DNA from: Octopus sinensis
Lineage: Eukaryota
DNA length: 64,000 nucleotides
Direction of reading: 5' to 3'
NCBI RefSeq assembly: GCF_006345805.1
Contig: NC_043006.1
Location: forward strand, 53,568,001 to 53,632,000
Each line of letters opens with the position of its first letter. The stretch's first letter is position 1. The notes below the pieces were generated by a model. The model had not been told where the DNA came from. It saw nothing but the letters and a program-made list of their open reading frames with translations, and made no database searches. Below, in pieces: positions 52,687 to 64,000 of this stretch. Position numbers and translations under genes: made by a program.

Positions 52687-53553
52687 AGCCAAGAACTCTA
52701 CAGCACCCCTCGTGTGTGTGTGTGTGTATGTGTATATATATATATACATAGTCACACACGGGATACATATCTCTTACCTTATGATATTCCATTTAAGTTT
52801 CCATTTGACGTGCCATTGAAAATACCGTGAACCAGTGAAAACCTCTCTCCAACCTCGTTACTGTAACCCCTCCCCTATCAGACATTCAATGACACTACAA
52901 ATGCTTTGCAGGTAGCTCTCCCCTCTGTAACAGCAAATTGAGGATTTCCTTTCACTGGACAGAGTTACAAAGTTGAGGGGAAGAATACACTTAATTCTTT
53001 TGATGCTGGGATGCATGAAAAATAAAACCAACTTTGGCAGAATTTGAACTTAGGATGTATAGGAATACTGGATCTTTTCAATCTGCTGTTGATTCTCTTC
53101 TACTCTTAGGCACAAGGTCCGAAATTATGGGGGAGGGGGCAGTCGATTAGATCGTCCCCAGTACGCAACTGGTACTTAATTTATCAATCCCGAAAGGATG
53201 AAAGGCAAAGTCGACCTCGCTGGAATTTGAACTCAGAACCTTAAGACAGACGAAATACTGCTAAGCATTTCGCCCGGCGTGCTAACATTTCTGCCGGCTC
53301 GCCTTTACGCTGTATTAATTCTGCCAATCCACTGCTTTTTCAGATGAATGAATGAATCATTTTTTTTTTTAATGAGAGGGAATTCTCTTGTCGAATGAGA
53401 GAAAAAAATTCATGTTGCATATTAATTAGTCTATCTTTTTACTAAATATTGTTTTTTTTTTTTTTTCTAATTCTATTATGTATGCAAATTCTGGGAAAAC
53501 AGTTTTTCTATATACCTACAGCTGTTCATACTTGGACACATCATTAGTGTTGT

Positions 53554-53945
53554 ATGTGGAGGCGCAATGGCCCAGTGGTTAGGGCAGCGGACTCGCGGTC
53601 ATAGGATCGCGGTTTCGATTCCCAGACCGGGCGTTGTGAGTGTTTATTGAGCGAAAACACCTAAAAGCTCCACGAGGCTCTGGCAGGGGATGGTGGTGAT
53701 CCCTGCTGTACTCTTTCACCACAACTTTCTCTCACTCTTACTTCCTGTTTCTGTTGTACCTGTATTTTAAGGGGCCGGTCTTGTCACTCTCTGTGTCACG
53801 CTGAATATCCCCGAGAACTACGTTAAGGGTGCACGTGTCTGTGGAGTGCTCAGCCACTTACACGTTAATTTCACGAGCAGGCTGTTCCGTTGATTCGAAT
53901 CAACCGGAACCCTCATCGTCGTAACCGACGGAGTGCTTCCAATCC
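53554..53945 (+). mobile_element. Full-length tRNA-derived SINE (second head type)
   Basis: A box TGGCCCAGTGG, B box GTTTCGATTCC; partial inverted copies at about 19350-19410 and 19990-20165. Confidence 0.85.
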
Positions 53946-53959
53946 CAGTGTTGTATCCT

Positions 53960-54180
53960 GCAGTTACCTAGTGATTTTGGTCTTGCAACATTCACTCTTA
54001 TCCAAGGAACCCAAACCTCAGCTTCTGTCCAAAGAACATTCATCTCAGCTCACCAGTCACCTGTTGTTAGCCACCATCTCTGCAATATCCATGTCCTTGA
54101 TTGCTCTTCTCCTGCTTACATCAATAATTTTATCATTGAGTCCATCTAATTTTGGGTGCACATCTTTCCCATCTCTTCGC
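53960..54180 (-). mobile_element. Old RTE-like RT C-terminal remnant
   Basis: - frame RRDGKDVHPKLDGLNDKIIDV...DMDIAEMVANNR*. Confidence 0.4.
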
Positions 54181-54519
54181 TAGCCCTGGTGCTATCTTTT
54201 TCCTTATGAGTTTCGTAGCTGAATTTTGTTTTTCCTTTTGCAGATGTGTCTTGTGTTATCAGTTCTCCCCATTCCCACTTTTTCAGCTGCAATTACACTA
54301 TTCATATTTGTATTTGATGATACCTGATCATTTCATTTATATATAAGGCGAGCTGGCAGAATCATTATCATGCTGAGCAAAATGATCAGCAGCATTTGGT
54401 CCATCTTTACTTTGCGAGTTCAAATTCTGCCAAGGTCAACTTTACCTTTCATCTTTTCAGGGTTAATGTTATCAACTTAACCTTTCCCCCAGAATAGCTG
54501 GCCTTGTGCCAAAATTTGA

Positions 54520-54559
<40 letters not shown>

Positions 54560-57500
54560 GCATACATTATTAGGATTGTATTATGAAGCCACTGAACATA
54601 TTGGCACTTATAAAATACACCCTCACCCAGGCAACCCAACTGAGGCTGATTAAATCTCAGCCTGTCTCCTCATAGCTTTCTCCTGACCCTACCAGTTTAC
54701 TCTTTTTAACCAGAGCTGCCTAGATGCCTTCTTTGTTGCTTCTACATTGTTCTTGAAGGTTCTTCTGCTCACTCTTGTAATGTTATCCTTGAGTCTGTTT
54801 GTCTGAGGTGCACATCCTCCTGACTTCTCGAACACCCCTATAGGTGCCTTTTCCTCTTGCTTGGGTAATCCTAGTTACAGAATCTAAACTCTAGATAAAC
54901 AAATACCTATTGTCATCAGACATGGAGGAATACTCTTGAGACTTCAGCATTCAAATTAGTTTATCAAATTTAATGCTTAATTATTATTTTGTAACTTTGA
55001 GATTTTGATTATGGGATTGTTTACTTTTAATTTGACATTTTAGGGTAAGTGTAAGAGACTATTTTGCCAGTTTAAGCTTAAAACAAAGAGAACATTTTGG
55101 CCAGATATGACCAGTTTAAATGCTAAATTGGTTAAGTCATTTTTAATTTCCCATATGTTAAAAAATAAAATACATTTAACATATTAGAATATATTTCTTA
55201 TATGTGTATATATTTTTTGTGTATATCTCTGACAGCTGATGTAATTACAGAACAGCTGAATAGCTTTGACCTGCTTATGTTGATTTTAGTGTGGGGAAAA
55301 AGTTGCTCTTAATTTTTCACAGTAGTCACATAACCAATATACTCATTAATTTCATTTAGCTTATTACCAACCCACATCTTCTCAGACTAATGGGATTGAC
55401 ATCCTTCCCAAAATTCTGCACCAAAGGGAGTGGATATTCTCTAGTCAGAATGCTTGCAAGAGTAAAATCTGCTAGAGACAAGTGGTAATGTTATAGTGTA
55501 GCACTTGAATATGAAGATTTCTTTGTTTTGCTTTTCTTTTGTTTGTTTTTTCTTGTGAGAATGGACTGGCGTAGATGGTAAGTCAAAGTCAAGCTAAATG
55601 CTTTGTAAAATTTACTTTGATTTATTGCTGTTTTGAGTTCACTTCATGTTAGAGTTACTCTTGCCATTCATCCTTCCACAATTGAAAGCATAACCCTAAT
55701 AATATACTTTAGAATAATTCAAAGAACTTAGAATTTGTGTAAAGTTAAACAATAATTTTTTTTTTTTTTTGCTATTAGGACAGTGAAGATTATTAAAATA
55801 ATTAGGAGTCAGCTTGCTGTTACCTCAAGGTGGTGGTTAGTTTTGTTAAAAACAGTAGCTAAATCTTCCCCAAAATTCAACTGTTCTATCCTAGATGCTT
55901 TGTGTAAACATGTGGAATGTCTTTGCTCATAGCCCCAGGTCAGTCACCTTAAATGGGGCTGACCTGAGGCTAAACAATAACATCAAACCTGATAACAAAA
56001 TATCATGGGGCAATTTAATAGGGACATACAGCATTTTTCACTCTGGATCAGCCCTGATGAAGCAAGCTTATGAACAAGGACATTTCAGCCATGACCATCC
56101 TGTCATTTTTCCAAGATGATAGATTGTGATTATAAAAATATCTGGCACCTATTTCTAGCAAACCAAGTGTCCACAAAAAGACACTTGTTGGTTTATTCAT
56201 ATTTGGTAAGAGCAGGGAGTTGGCAGGCTTTTTAGCACTATGAACATTGGTTTGTGGAATTTAGTTAGATCATTTTATGTTCTGTATTGAACCCTACCCT
56301 TCTCCCCAAATTTGTGCCCTTATTTCTGTCATAAGTGAATATTTTATTGATAGAAGAACAAAAGGAGGAATTTTATTGATTCCATCATTGTTTTAATGTC
56401 CTTTTTTTCCATACTTGCATGGGTCAGACAGAATTCTTTGAAGTAGATTTTCTACAGTCAGATGTTCTTCCTATCACCAACCCTCACCTGTTTATAAGGT
56501 AATTTTTTCACATGGCTGAATATGATTTCACAGAAGATTGAAGCAAAGGACACCACTTGTATCATGGTTGTTCTCATTTACAACAATCACATGATCTCAA
56601 GTCAACGAGATACCAACATGTATGTACATATACATATGTGCACATGACTGGCTACTTTCAGTTTCTGTCTGCCAAACCCACTGACATGGTTTTGCTCAGC
56701 TCACTACAGTAAAAAACACTTACCCAAGGTACCACACAGTAGGACTGAACCCAGAAGCAAGCTTCTTAACCACTCGGTCACATTTGCACTTTGACTTTGA
56801 AAATACATTGGTTGATTTTTTTTTAACTCTACAAGTTGCCCATGATACAGCAGATCTATGATTAAAGGCACTATTTCCATTATTTTCCTCATTTTTTTTT
56901 TCAAACATATTGTGTCTGAGACTACATTATCTAATATGTCTTTTCTTTTAAAGATGCTAGTTGTGAAATTAAGCTACTATTTCTAGTGGGTCAAGATGTC
57001 CTATTGAGGTTCCAACTTTATATTGGTGGCTTGTTGGATGTCTTCCAAAAGGCACTTGAAAGAACAAAGAATAAGTGATGGAATTGGTTTTCATTAGAAC
57101 ATTTGAACATTGTCTTCCCAAGAGAATATCAACAACAATAAATTGATGATGGATTGAATATAATCAATGATTAAAAGTTCTACTAATAACTGGTGGTAGT
57201 TAGTAGAAGTAGTAGTAGTTGTTCATTGTCCTTACCACATCTGTGCTTTCCACAAACCCCATATTACACATTTTGCTCTATCCTTCTACCTCATAACCAC
57301 AATTCTCTGGAGTTCCACCTCTCCCTCCACAGGCATCATCAACCTGCTAGACATAGCAACCTGATCTATCTGAAATTGTATCCTAGTGTCTTAAGTAAGG
57401 AAAAGACATATTAGTCTTATATACTCCTGAAAAAAAACAGGATGGCCATGGGTAGAATGCCTTTGAGCATATGTCACTGCCATGTCAGAACTAAACAACA

Positions 57501-58391
57501 ACAACATCATTGTTTTAACATGCACTTTTCCATGTTTGGATAACTTTGATAGAGTCCATTGAGGCAGATTTTCTACAGTCAAATGCCCTCCTTGCCACCA
57601 AAACTTACTCGTTTCCAAGCAAGGTAATATTTTCTTATGGCCAGACATGATTCCACAGAATATTGGAAAGGAATGACATTCACTTACAGCAATCGTGCAA
57701 TGTCAAGACAAAGATATACAAACACACTCTCTCTCTCTCTCACACACATACACATACACACACACAATAATTGGAGAGATAAGTAATAGCCTAACCATCA
57801 CCTCAGCAGCACTTCATACAGGAACCTGGCTTGCAGTATTCAAATAGTATAAAGGTTACATTTTTTAATTAACCAAAGAATGATTTGTTATACTTTGGTT
57901 AATTATTAAAGGAACATTTTTGCTGCCAATCCAAGGCAATGTATATCAAATAGGTATGTTATAGCCCTCACAAAATGAAAATCAATTATTTTGATTAAGG
58001 AAAAGACAAGCCAAATCAATGTTTCATATATTTCATTGAATGAAGACCATTTTTCTTCATATTACATGCAATTTTATGCATAAGTTGTATACCTCTGTCT
58101 ACTAAATCTGCCGAGAAGGCTTTGGTTAGATTAGGGTCATAGTAGATGACACTTGCCCAAGGTGCAACACAATGTCTGTTTCAGCCATGAGCACTGGACT
58201 TCTTCCCTTTCTAAATCATCATCACCATTTTAACGTCCCCTTATTTTCATGTTTACATGGTCAGATGGAATTCGTTGAGGCAGATTCTCTATAGCCAGAT
58301 GCCCTTCCTGTTACCAATTCTTACCTGTTTTCAAGTAAAGTAATATTTCTCCATGATGAAGGTGGCGAGCTGCCAAAATTGTTATCATAGG

Positions 58392-58766
58392 CACTGGAGT
58401 GGCTGTGTGGTAAGTAGCTTGCTTACCAACCACATGGTTCTGGGTTCATTCCCACTGCGTGGCACCTTCAGCAAGTGTCTTCTGCTATAGCATCAGGCCG
58501 ACCAAAGCCTTGTGAGTGGATTTGGTAGACGGAAACTGAAAGAAGCCCATCGTATATATGTATATATATGTTTGTGTTTGTACCCCCAACATCGCTTGAC
58601 AACCGATGGTGGCGTGTTTACGTCCCTGTAACTTAGCGGTTCAGCAAAAGAGACCAATAGAATAAGTACTAGGCTTCCAAAGAATAAGTCCTGGGGTCGA
58701 TTTGCTCGACTAAAGGCGATGCTCCAGCATGGCCGCAGTCAGATGACTGAAACAAGTAAAAGAGAG
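58392..58766 (+). mobile_element. SINE family A
   Basis: Same head and tail sequence. Confidence 0.85.
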
Positions 58767-59379
58767 TATGCCAGGCAAAATGCTTTGTAGCATTTCATCT
58801 GTTTTCATATTCTGAGTTCAAATTCCACCAAGGTCAACCTTGCCCTTCATCCCTTCAGAGTCAATCAAGTAAGTACCAGTTGAACACTGGGGTCAATGTC
58901 ACTAACTACCCCCCCCCCGAAATTACTGGCCTTGTGCCAAAATTTGAAACCAATATTTCTCCCAGACTAGACATCTTTATCAGAGAAGATTGGAAACAAA
59001 GAACACCACTCTGCAAGATGGTGACACTCATTTGTAGCTATCACAATATCAAAGCAAGGCTAAAGTAACATGCATATATACATACAAGCAAAACGCCCCT
59101 CCCTGCTCCGTCCAGTGGACAGTGCTGAATCATATCTGCTGAATAAAAAGCAATCAGTGTTTTCTTTTCGTTAAAAAATAATTAAGCATGCCTTTATTTC
59201 AATAAAATTTTTGGTTTTGTTAAACAAAGTTAAGGCAAAAAAAAAAAAATTCTTGAGAAACAAAATAGTCTTTCCTTCCTTCATGCCATATTTGAAGAAA
59301 ATATCTCTCTTGCATCTTACTTTTTTGGTCTCTTAAATATACTGCATTTTGTGGCATTATTTCAAGCCAGCCAGCTTTT

Positions 59380-59593
59380 TTTGTGCAAACTGCACATGCA
59401 TTTTTCTCGCGTACGCGTAGTATCGATCACAACAGCTGATGTACTTGCGCTTACAAATGCCCGTTCCCGTGGCTTTATCGATGTAGATACTGTCAGTATC
59501 TACACATCAAATTTGAGCGCAATCGGATGGAGGATGCCCGAGATCCTAGAAGACACACACATAGATAGACAGAACAGATTTTATATAATAGAT
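59380..59593 (+). mobile_element. Helitron-like 3' portion
   Basis: aaatttgagcgcaatcgg...acacacatagatagacag...ttttatataatagat end. Confidence 0.5.
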
Positions 59594-59942
59594 GTGATAG
59601 ACAAAGTAACAGCAGAAATTTTGCATTATTACTCAGCTCATTATACTAGACGTAGCAGTAGCAGTTTTGTATATAGGTGCAATGAGAATGATTCATTTGA
59701 AGCATAGATATTGAGTGACATTTTACAAAATGTCAGTGGAAAATAATGCCTGTATTTCTCAATTTGATACATAAAACCATTTGATTCACTGATTAGTGTT
59801 ATTTATTACTTTCCATTAGTAATGTATATGAGAGAGGGGAGAGTTGTTGTTCATTTGTTTGCAAAAGAACGCTGAAATATCTAGATTTTATATGAAATGC
59901 GCAAGTACATTTTGTGTTTTGTCTGATTTGTGTATATATGTA

Positions 59943-59974
<32 letters not shown>

Positions 59975-60184
59975 CCACCAAGTAAGTTAGGGGTTATGAA
60001 TCCAACTCGCTAAGGAATGGTATTTATCCAATATACTGTTGGTATAGTACCCAAATTCTTAATACATAAATGTTTTTAATTGCAATGCAATTAACTTATT
60101 GTATTAAACGGGTGAAGGTAAAGAAATATTTTACCATGCAAACAAGAAAATGGAGAAACAATTTAGTGATATATATATATATAT

Positions 60185-60775
60185 CATCATCATCATCATC
60201 ATCGTTTAGCATCTGCTTTCCATGCTGGCATGGGTTGGACGGTGCAACTGGGGTCTGGGAAGCCAGAAGGCTGCACCAGGCCCAGTCTGATCTGGCAATG
60301 TTTCTACGGCTGGATGCCCTTCCTAACGCCAACCACTCTATGAGTGTAGTGGGTGCTTTTTACGTGCCACCGGCACAGATGCCAGACGAGGCTGGCAAAC
60401 GGCCACGGTCGGATGGTGCTTTTTACATGCCACCAGCACGGAGGCCAGGCGAGGTTGGCAACAGCCACGATCGGATCGTGCTTTTTACGTGCCACCAGCA
60501 CGGAAGCCAGTCGGGGCGGCGCTGGCAATGGCTACGTTCAGATGGTTCTCTTATGTGCCACCAGCACTGGTATCACAGCTACAATTTCCATTCATGTTGA
60601 TCGATTTTGATTTTCACTTGCCTCAACAGGTCTTCACAAGTAGGGTTTTGTGTCCCAAGAAGGAAAGGTATGCATAAGTGGACTGAGGCCATGGGTTATG
60701 GTCTCACTTGTCCTGCCGGGTCTTCTCACGCACAGCATACTTCCAAAGGTCTCGGTCTCTAGTCATTTCCTCGGT
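60185..60775 (-). mobile_element. RTE LINE 3' UTR copy
   Basis: Reverse complement of the 43.9-44.5 kb UTR, with (CAT)n tail. Confidence 0.85.
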
Positions 60776-61035
60776 GGTGGAGGTGCGTGGCTTAGTGGTT
60801 AGGGTGTCAGCATCATGGTCGTAAGATTGTGGTTTCGATTCCTGGACCAGGCGACTCGTGTTCTTGAGCAAAACACTTCATTTCACGTTGCTCCAGTTCA
60901 CTCAGCTGGCAAATATGAGTAATGCTGCGATGGACTGGCATCCTGTCCAGCTGGGGAATACATACGCCATAGAAACCAGGAAACTGGGCCCATGAGCCTG
61001 GCTTGGCTTTAAAAGGGCACATTTATTTATTATTA
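60776..61035 (+). mobile_element. tRNA-derived SINE (gtggaggtgcgtggcttagtggttagg head)
   Basis: A box TGGCTTAGTGG, B box GTTTCGATTCC, central ttgagcaaaacactt domain, (TTA)n tail. Confidence 0.85.
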
Positions 61036-61240
61036 TTATATATATATATAATATGAGAGGTTTAGTTCACTGGTGATCTAAACGAATAGGTACGCTGAGT
61101 AGGTGCTATAATTGGTCATCTGTTAGGGAGCCATATTTGGCTTCTGTGTTAGCAGGTACACAGAGGAAAAGGACATCAATACCAAGGCAGAACAAGTATC
61201 TCAAGTCATAATAATTTAATCAGGATAAGGTTAGTTTGAA

Positions 61241-61316
61241 GTCTTACAGCTGTTTCTGGGATATCTCAAGTGATAGGCTATCATGTCTGTACACTGGGTA
61301 TTCCGTCATCAGAGAC
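61241..61316 (-). ncRNA. Type I hammerhead ribozyme motif (inverted copy)
   Basis: Reverse complement carries the same intact CTGATGA, GAAAC and GTA core and the same stem I. Confidence 0.72.
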
Positions 61317-61971
61317 AAAGTGAGTATGTATGAAAGTTCTAGACAGAGAAATTCACAGTTTATAAGGAATAAAATAGAAGAATAAAGAGTAAAAGTAGAT
61401 ATAAGAATACAGACAGGATAATATAAGTTCATATTGCATCTTTTCCCAGAGGGTATGGAGGTTGGTCTGTACTTCTGTGAAGATATAGGTCCTTATGTTT
61501 AATCCCAGGTAAATCCAGGCAGAATTTTGAATGATGCATTCAGGTTGAAGTGGTTAGAAAGGAGAAAGAGAGAAAAGACAGAAATGGGATAGGTGCAAGA
61601 ATGAGATTGACAGTAAAGTAAAATCTTTTTTCTCCTCTTTCATTTATCCACTCACTCACAACCCACTCCTGTCTATCTGATGTCTGTCTTTCTCACTCTA
61701 TATACCCACACAGACCATTTGTAAACTAGCTAACCACTTCAACATGAATGCATCATTCAAAATTCTGTCTGGATTTACCTGAGGTTAAGCATCAGGACTT
61801 ATATCTTCACGGAAGTATGGACCAACCTCCAAACCCTCTGAGAAAAGATGAAATGTGAACTTATATTATCCTGTCCGTATTCTTATATCTACTTTTACTT
61901 TTTATTCTTCTATTTTATTCCTTATAAACTATGAATTTCCCTGTCTAGAACTTTTCATACTTATTCACTTT

Positions 61972-62047
61972 GTCTCTGATGACGGAATACCCAGTGTACA
62001 GACATGCTAGCCTGTCATTTGGAATATCCCAGAAACAGCTGTAAGAC
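61972..62047 (+). ncRNA. Type I hammerhead ribozyme motif
   Basis: gtct-CTGATGA-[cggaata...tatccca]-GAAAC-agct-GTA/agac; stem I gtct/agac; predicted cleavage after A62043. Confidence 0.72.
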
Positions 62048-62556
62048 TTCAAATTAACCTTACCCTAATTAAATTATTATTAATGACTTGAGATACTTGT
62101 TCTGCCTTGGTTTTGATGTCCCTTTCCTCTAATGTGTACCTGTTAACACAGAAGCCAAATATGGATCCCTAACAGATGACCAATTATATTATTAATTAAA
62201 TTATTAATAATGACTTGAGATACTCGTTCTGCCTTGATTTTGATGTCTTTTTCCTCACATCATTTTACATGTTTTTCCATGCTAGCCTGGGATGAACAGC
62301 AAGTTATCTGAAGCAGGATTTTACCGCTAAATACTTTTCCTGTTGCTGATCCTTGCTTGTTTTGCAACTATGGGAATTTCTTATTCCACAGGTTTTCAAA
62401 AATATTGTGTAGCCAGACGTAATATCACTGTTTTACAGTTAAGCTGTGGGATGTCACCATTCATACATATTTACAAGCATGCACACACAACACACAAACA
62501 CACATCCATGATGGCTGCAATTCAATTTTGAACAATGTCACTGCTTATTCATTCCC

Positions 62557-62785
62557 TTAACCCTTTCGTTATCAACCCAGCCAAAACCAGATCTGGCTCT
62601 GTAGTACAAATGTCTTTTTTTCATAAGTTTTGCATCAAAATATACCACCAAACCTTAGTCGCAATTTATATTCCTATTACTAGCTTAATGATAACTAAGT
62701 TATTTTACTAAATTCTTCATTATATTTAAAATAATTGAAAGAAACACGGAGCATCTCAAAATAAATACAGTAACGAAAAGGTTAA
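62557..62785. mobile_element. piggyBac-type MITE, same family in opposite orientation
   Basis: TTAA-CCCTTT...AAAAGG-TTAA; reverse complement of 37748-37961. Confidence 0.75.
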
Positions 62786-63338
62786 ACATAAGCAGCATGA
62801 ATAAGGCTTTTCAATCTTGCTAGGGACCAACAGTCCTTTGCACAGATGTGGTAACAATGCACGCCTTTTGTAGCAAGTGTTCAGACAGCTTACAACCCAT
62901 GCTTATACATGCCTTCATTTCATCATGCAATTTTTCATTTAATGTTTAGCCTTTTTGACTATGGCCGGCCATAATACAAAACACATAACAGACGATAAAA
63001 ATCAAGCAATACCTATGGTGGAAACTTTTTAAAGTGAGGACATATCTTATACAGGGCCAGTCCCATTCTCCAAACAATGTATGTATTTGCCCCCAAAAGA
63101 AGAACTAGTCTGTATCATTGGATGCAAATGAAATGAATTAATTTACCCTTTGACAGTTTTTCTTTTTCAACCTGCCGATTGTTCAATGGAAGCCACGCTC
63201 CTTACTAAGCAGGCTTGGTAGGGTTGCTGGTTTAGTCTCTGATGGCCCAACACCATGTGACAGGTTGTACTGCGTTACATGTTATCAGTAGCACTAAGAG
63301 TGACCTGACTTACACACATAAACATACACACACACATG

Positions 63339-63375
<37 letters not shown>

Positions 63376-63390
63376 CATCATCATCATCAT

Positions 63391-63441
<51 letters not shown>

Positions 63442-63442
63442 T

Positions 63443-64000
63443 ACAAGGGGGTACCCAAAAATAACCGGAAACATTCTCTGGGAGACAAGCCTGTTGTAGT
63501 TCAGGCTTCTGCCACTTATTGTGACCCTCAGGCATCAGTTTGCCGACTGCTGGTGGCATGTGGAGTCATACTGCCACGTGATGTCTTTGTTTTGCAGTGC
63601 TTCTCTCTTGTTCATCAATTTTTGTGATGGCTAAAATGAAAGGAACAGCATGCTTCTGTGAAATTCTGTTTTCAGCTGGGGAAAACTGTGGTCAAAACTG
63701 TTGCCATGCTTCAAACAGCGTACAAGGACACTGCCATGAGCAGAACACAAGTTTATGAGTCGTTTCCATGCTTTAGGAATAATCACTTGTCATTTGAAGA
63801 CCAACCTTGTTCAGGACAACCATCAACCTCTTGAACAAATGAAAACATGAAAAGTCATGACCTGATCTTGAAGGACCATTGCCAAACAATTGACAAACTT
63901 GTTGATATGACTGGTGTGTCCTAGAGCTCCAGCCAATGAATTTTGAGTGAGGAATTGTGAATGAAAAGTGTTGCAGCAAAATTTGTGCCTGCTTGCTCAC
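63443..64000 (+). mobile_element. Mariner transposon 5' end with pseudogenised transposase; runs off the window
   Basis: EQHASVKFCFQLGKT...AYKDTAMSRTQVYE.F..F......EDQPCSGQPST*...ILSEEL*MKSVAAKFVP. Confidence 0.9.

Larger units (their letters stand above)
61108..62258. mobile_element. Inverted pair of ~450-bp hammerhead-bearing repeats (Penelope-like pLTR architecture)
   Basis: Arms 61108-61557 and 61730-62187 are reverse complements with a 172-bp spacer; partial tandem re-copy of the tail at about 62190-62258. Confidence 0.7.

Noticed and set aside
4790-56070. Other CTGATGA strings (about 4793, 25945, 37187, 39772, 42880, 56050)
   Set aside because: None is followed by a stem II-GAAA-stem III arrangement.
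57912-57953. Possible 42-nt symmetric micro-exon on +
   Set aside because: Good donor but weak acceptor, and no neighbouring exons or homology.
51200-64000. MCM9 as head-to-head neighbour (as for vertebrate ASF1A)
   Set aside because: No MCM9-like coding sequence found on + by manual reading.
1-64000. CRISPR arrays, rRNA genes, prokaryotic systems
   Set aside because: Eukaryotic intron-containing DNA; the repeats are microsatellites and transposons, with no repeat-spacer arrays or rRNA motifs seen.

Overview
AT-rich eukaryotic genomic DNA, saturated with microsatellites, tRNA-derived SINEs and decayed retro- and DNA transposons. The repeat families look like those I recall from coleoid cephalopods (Octopus-like); that assignment is an inference. 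Two spliced protein-coding genes can be reconstructed by hand. (1) The last two coding exons of an LHFPL2-like tetraspan gene lie on + (6399-6512, 8711-8853). (2) A complete four-exon histone chaperone ASF1 gene lies on - (49831-49939, 45735-45850, 31926-32102, 30331-30549; 206 aa), with an E2F/CHR/CCAAT-type promoter. Most other ORFs in the track are microsatellite artefacts or fragments of RTE, CR1/L2, L1/Tx1 and mariner elements. The most striking structure is a set of inverted-repeat mobile elements carrying type I hammerhead-ribozyme motifs from three unrelated sequence families: an inverted pair at 61.1-62.2 kb with intact cores, a tRNA-headed SINE-hammerhead pair at 34.1-34.6 kb, and a degenerate copy at 35.2 kb. 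There is also a TSD-flanked 0.93 kb fold-back insertion built from a circularly permuted 356-bp unit at 18.05-19.0 kb. All alignments and folds were done by eye; repeat boundaries are approximate, while exon and ribozyme coordinates were counted.
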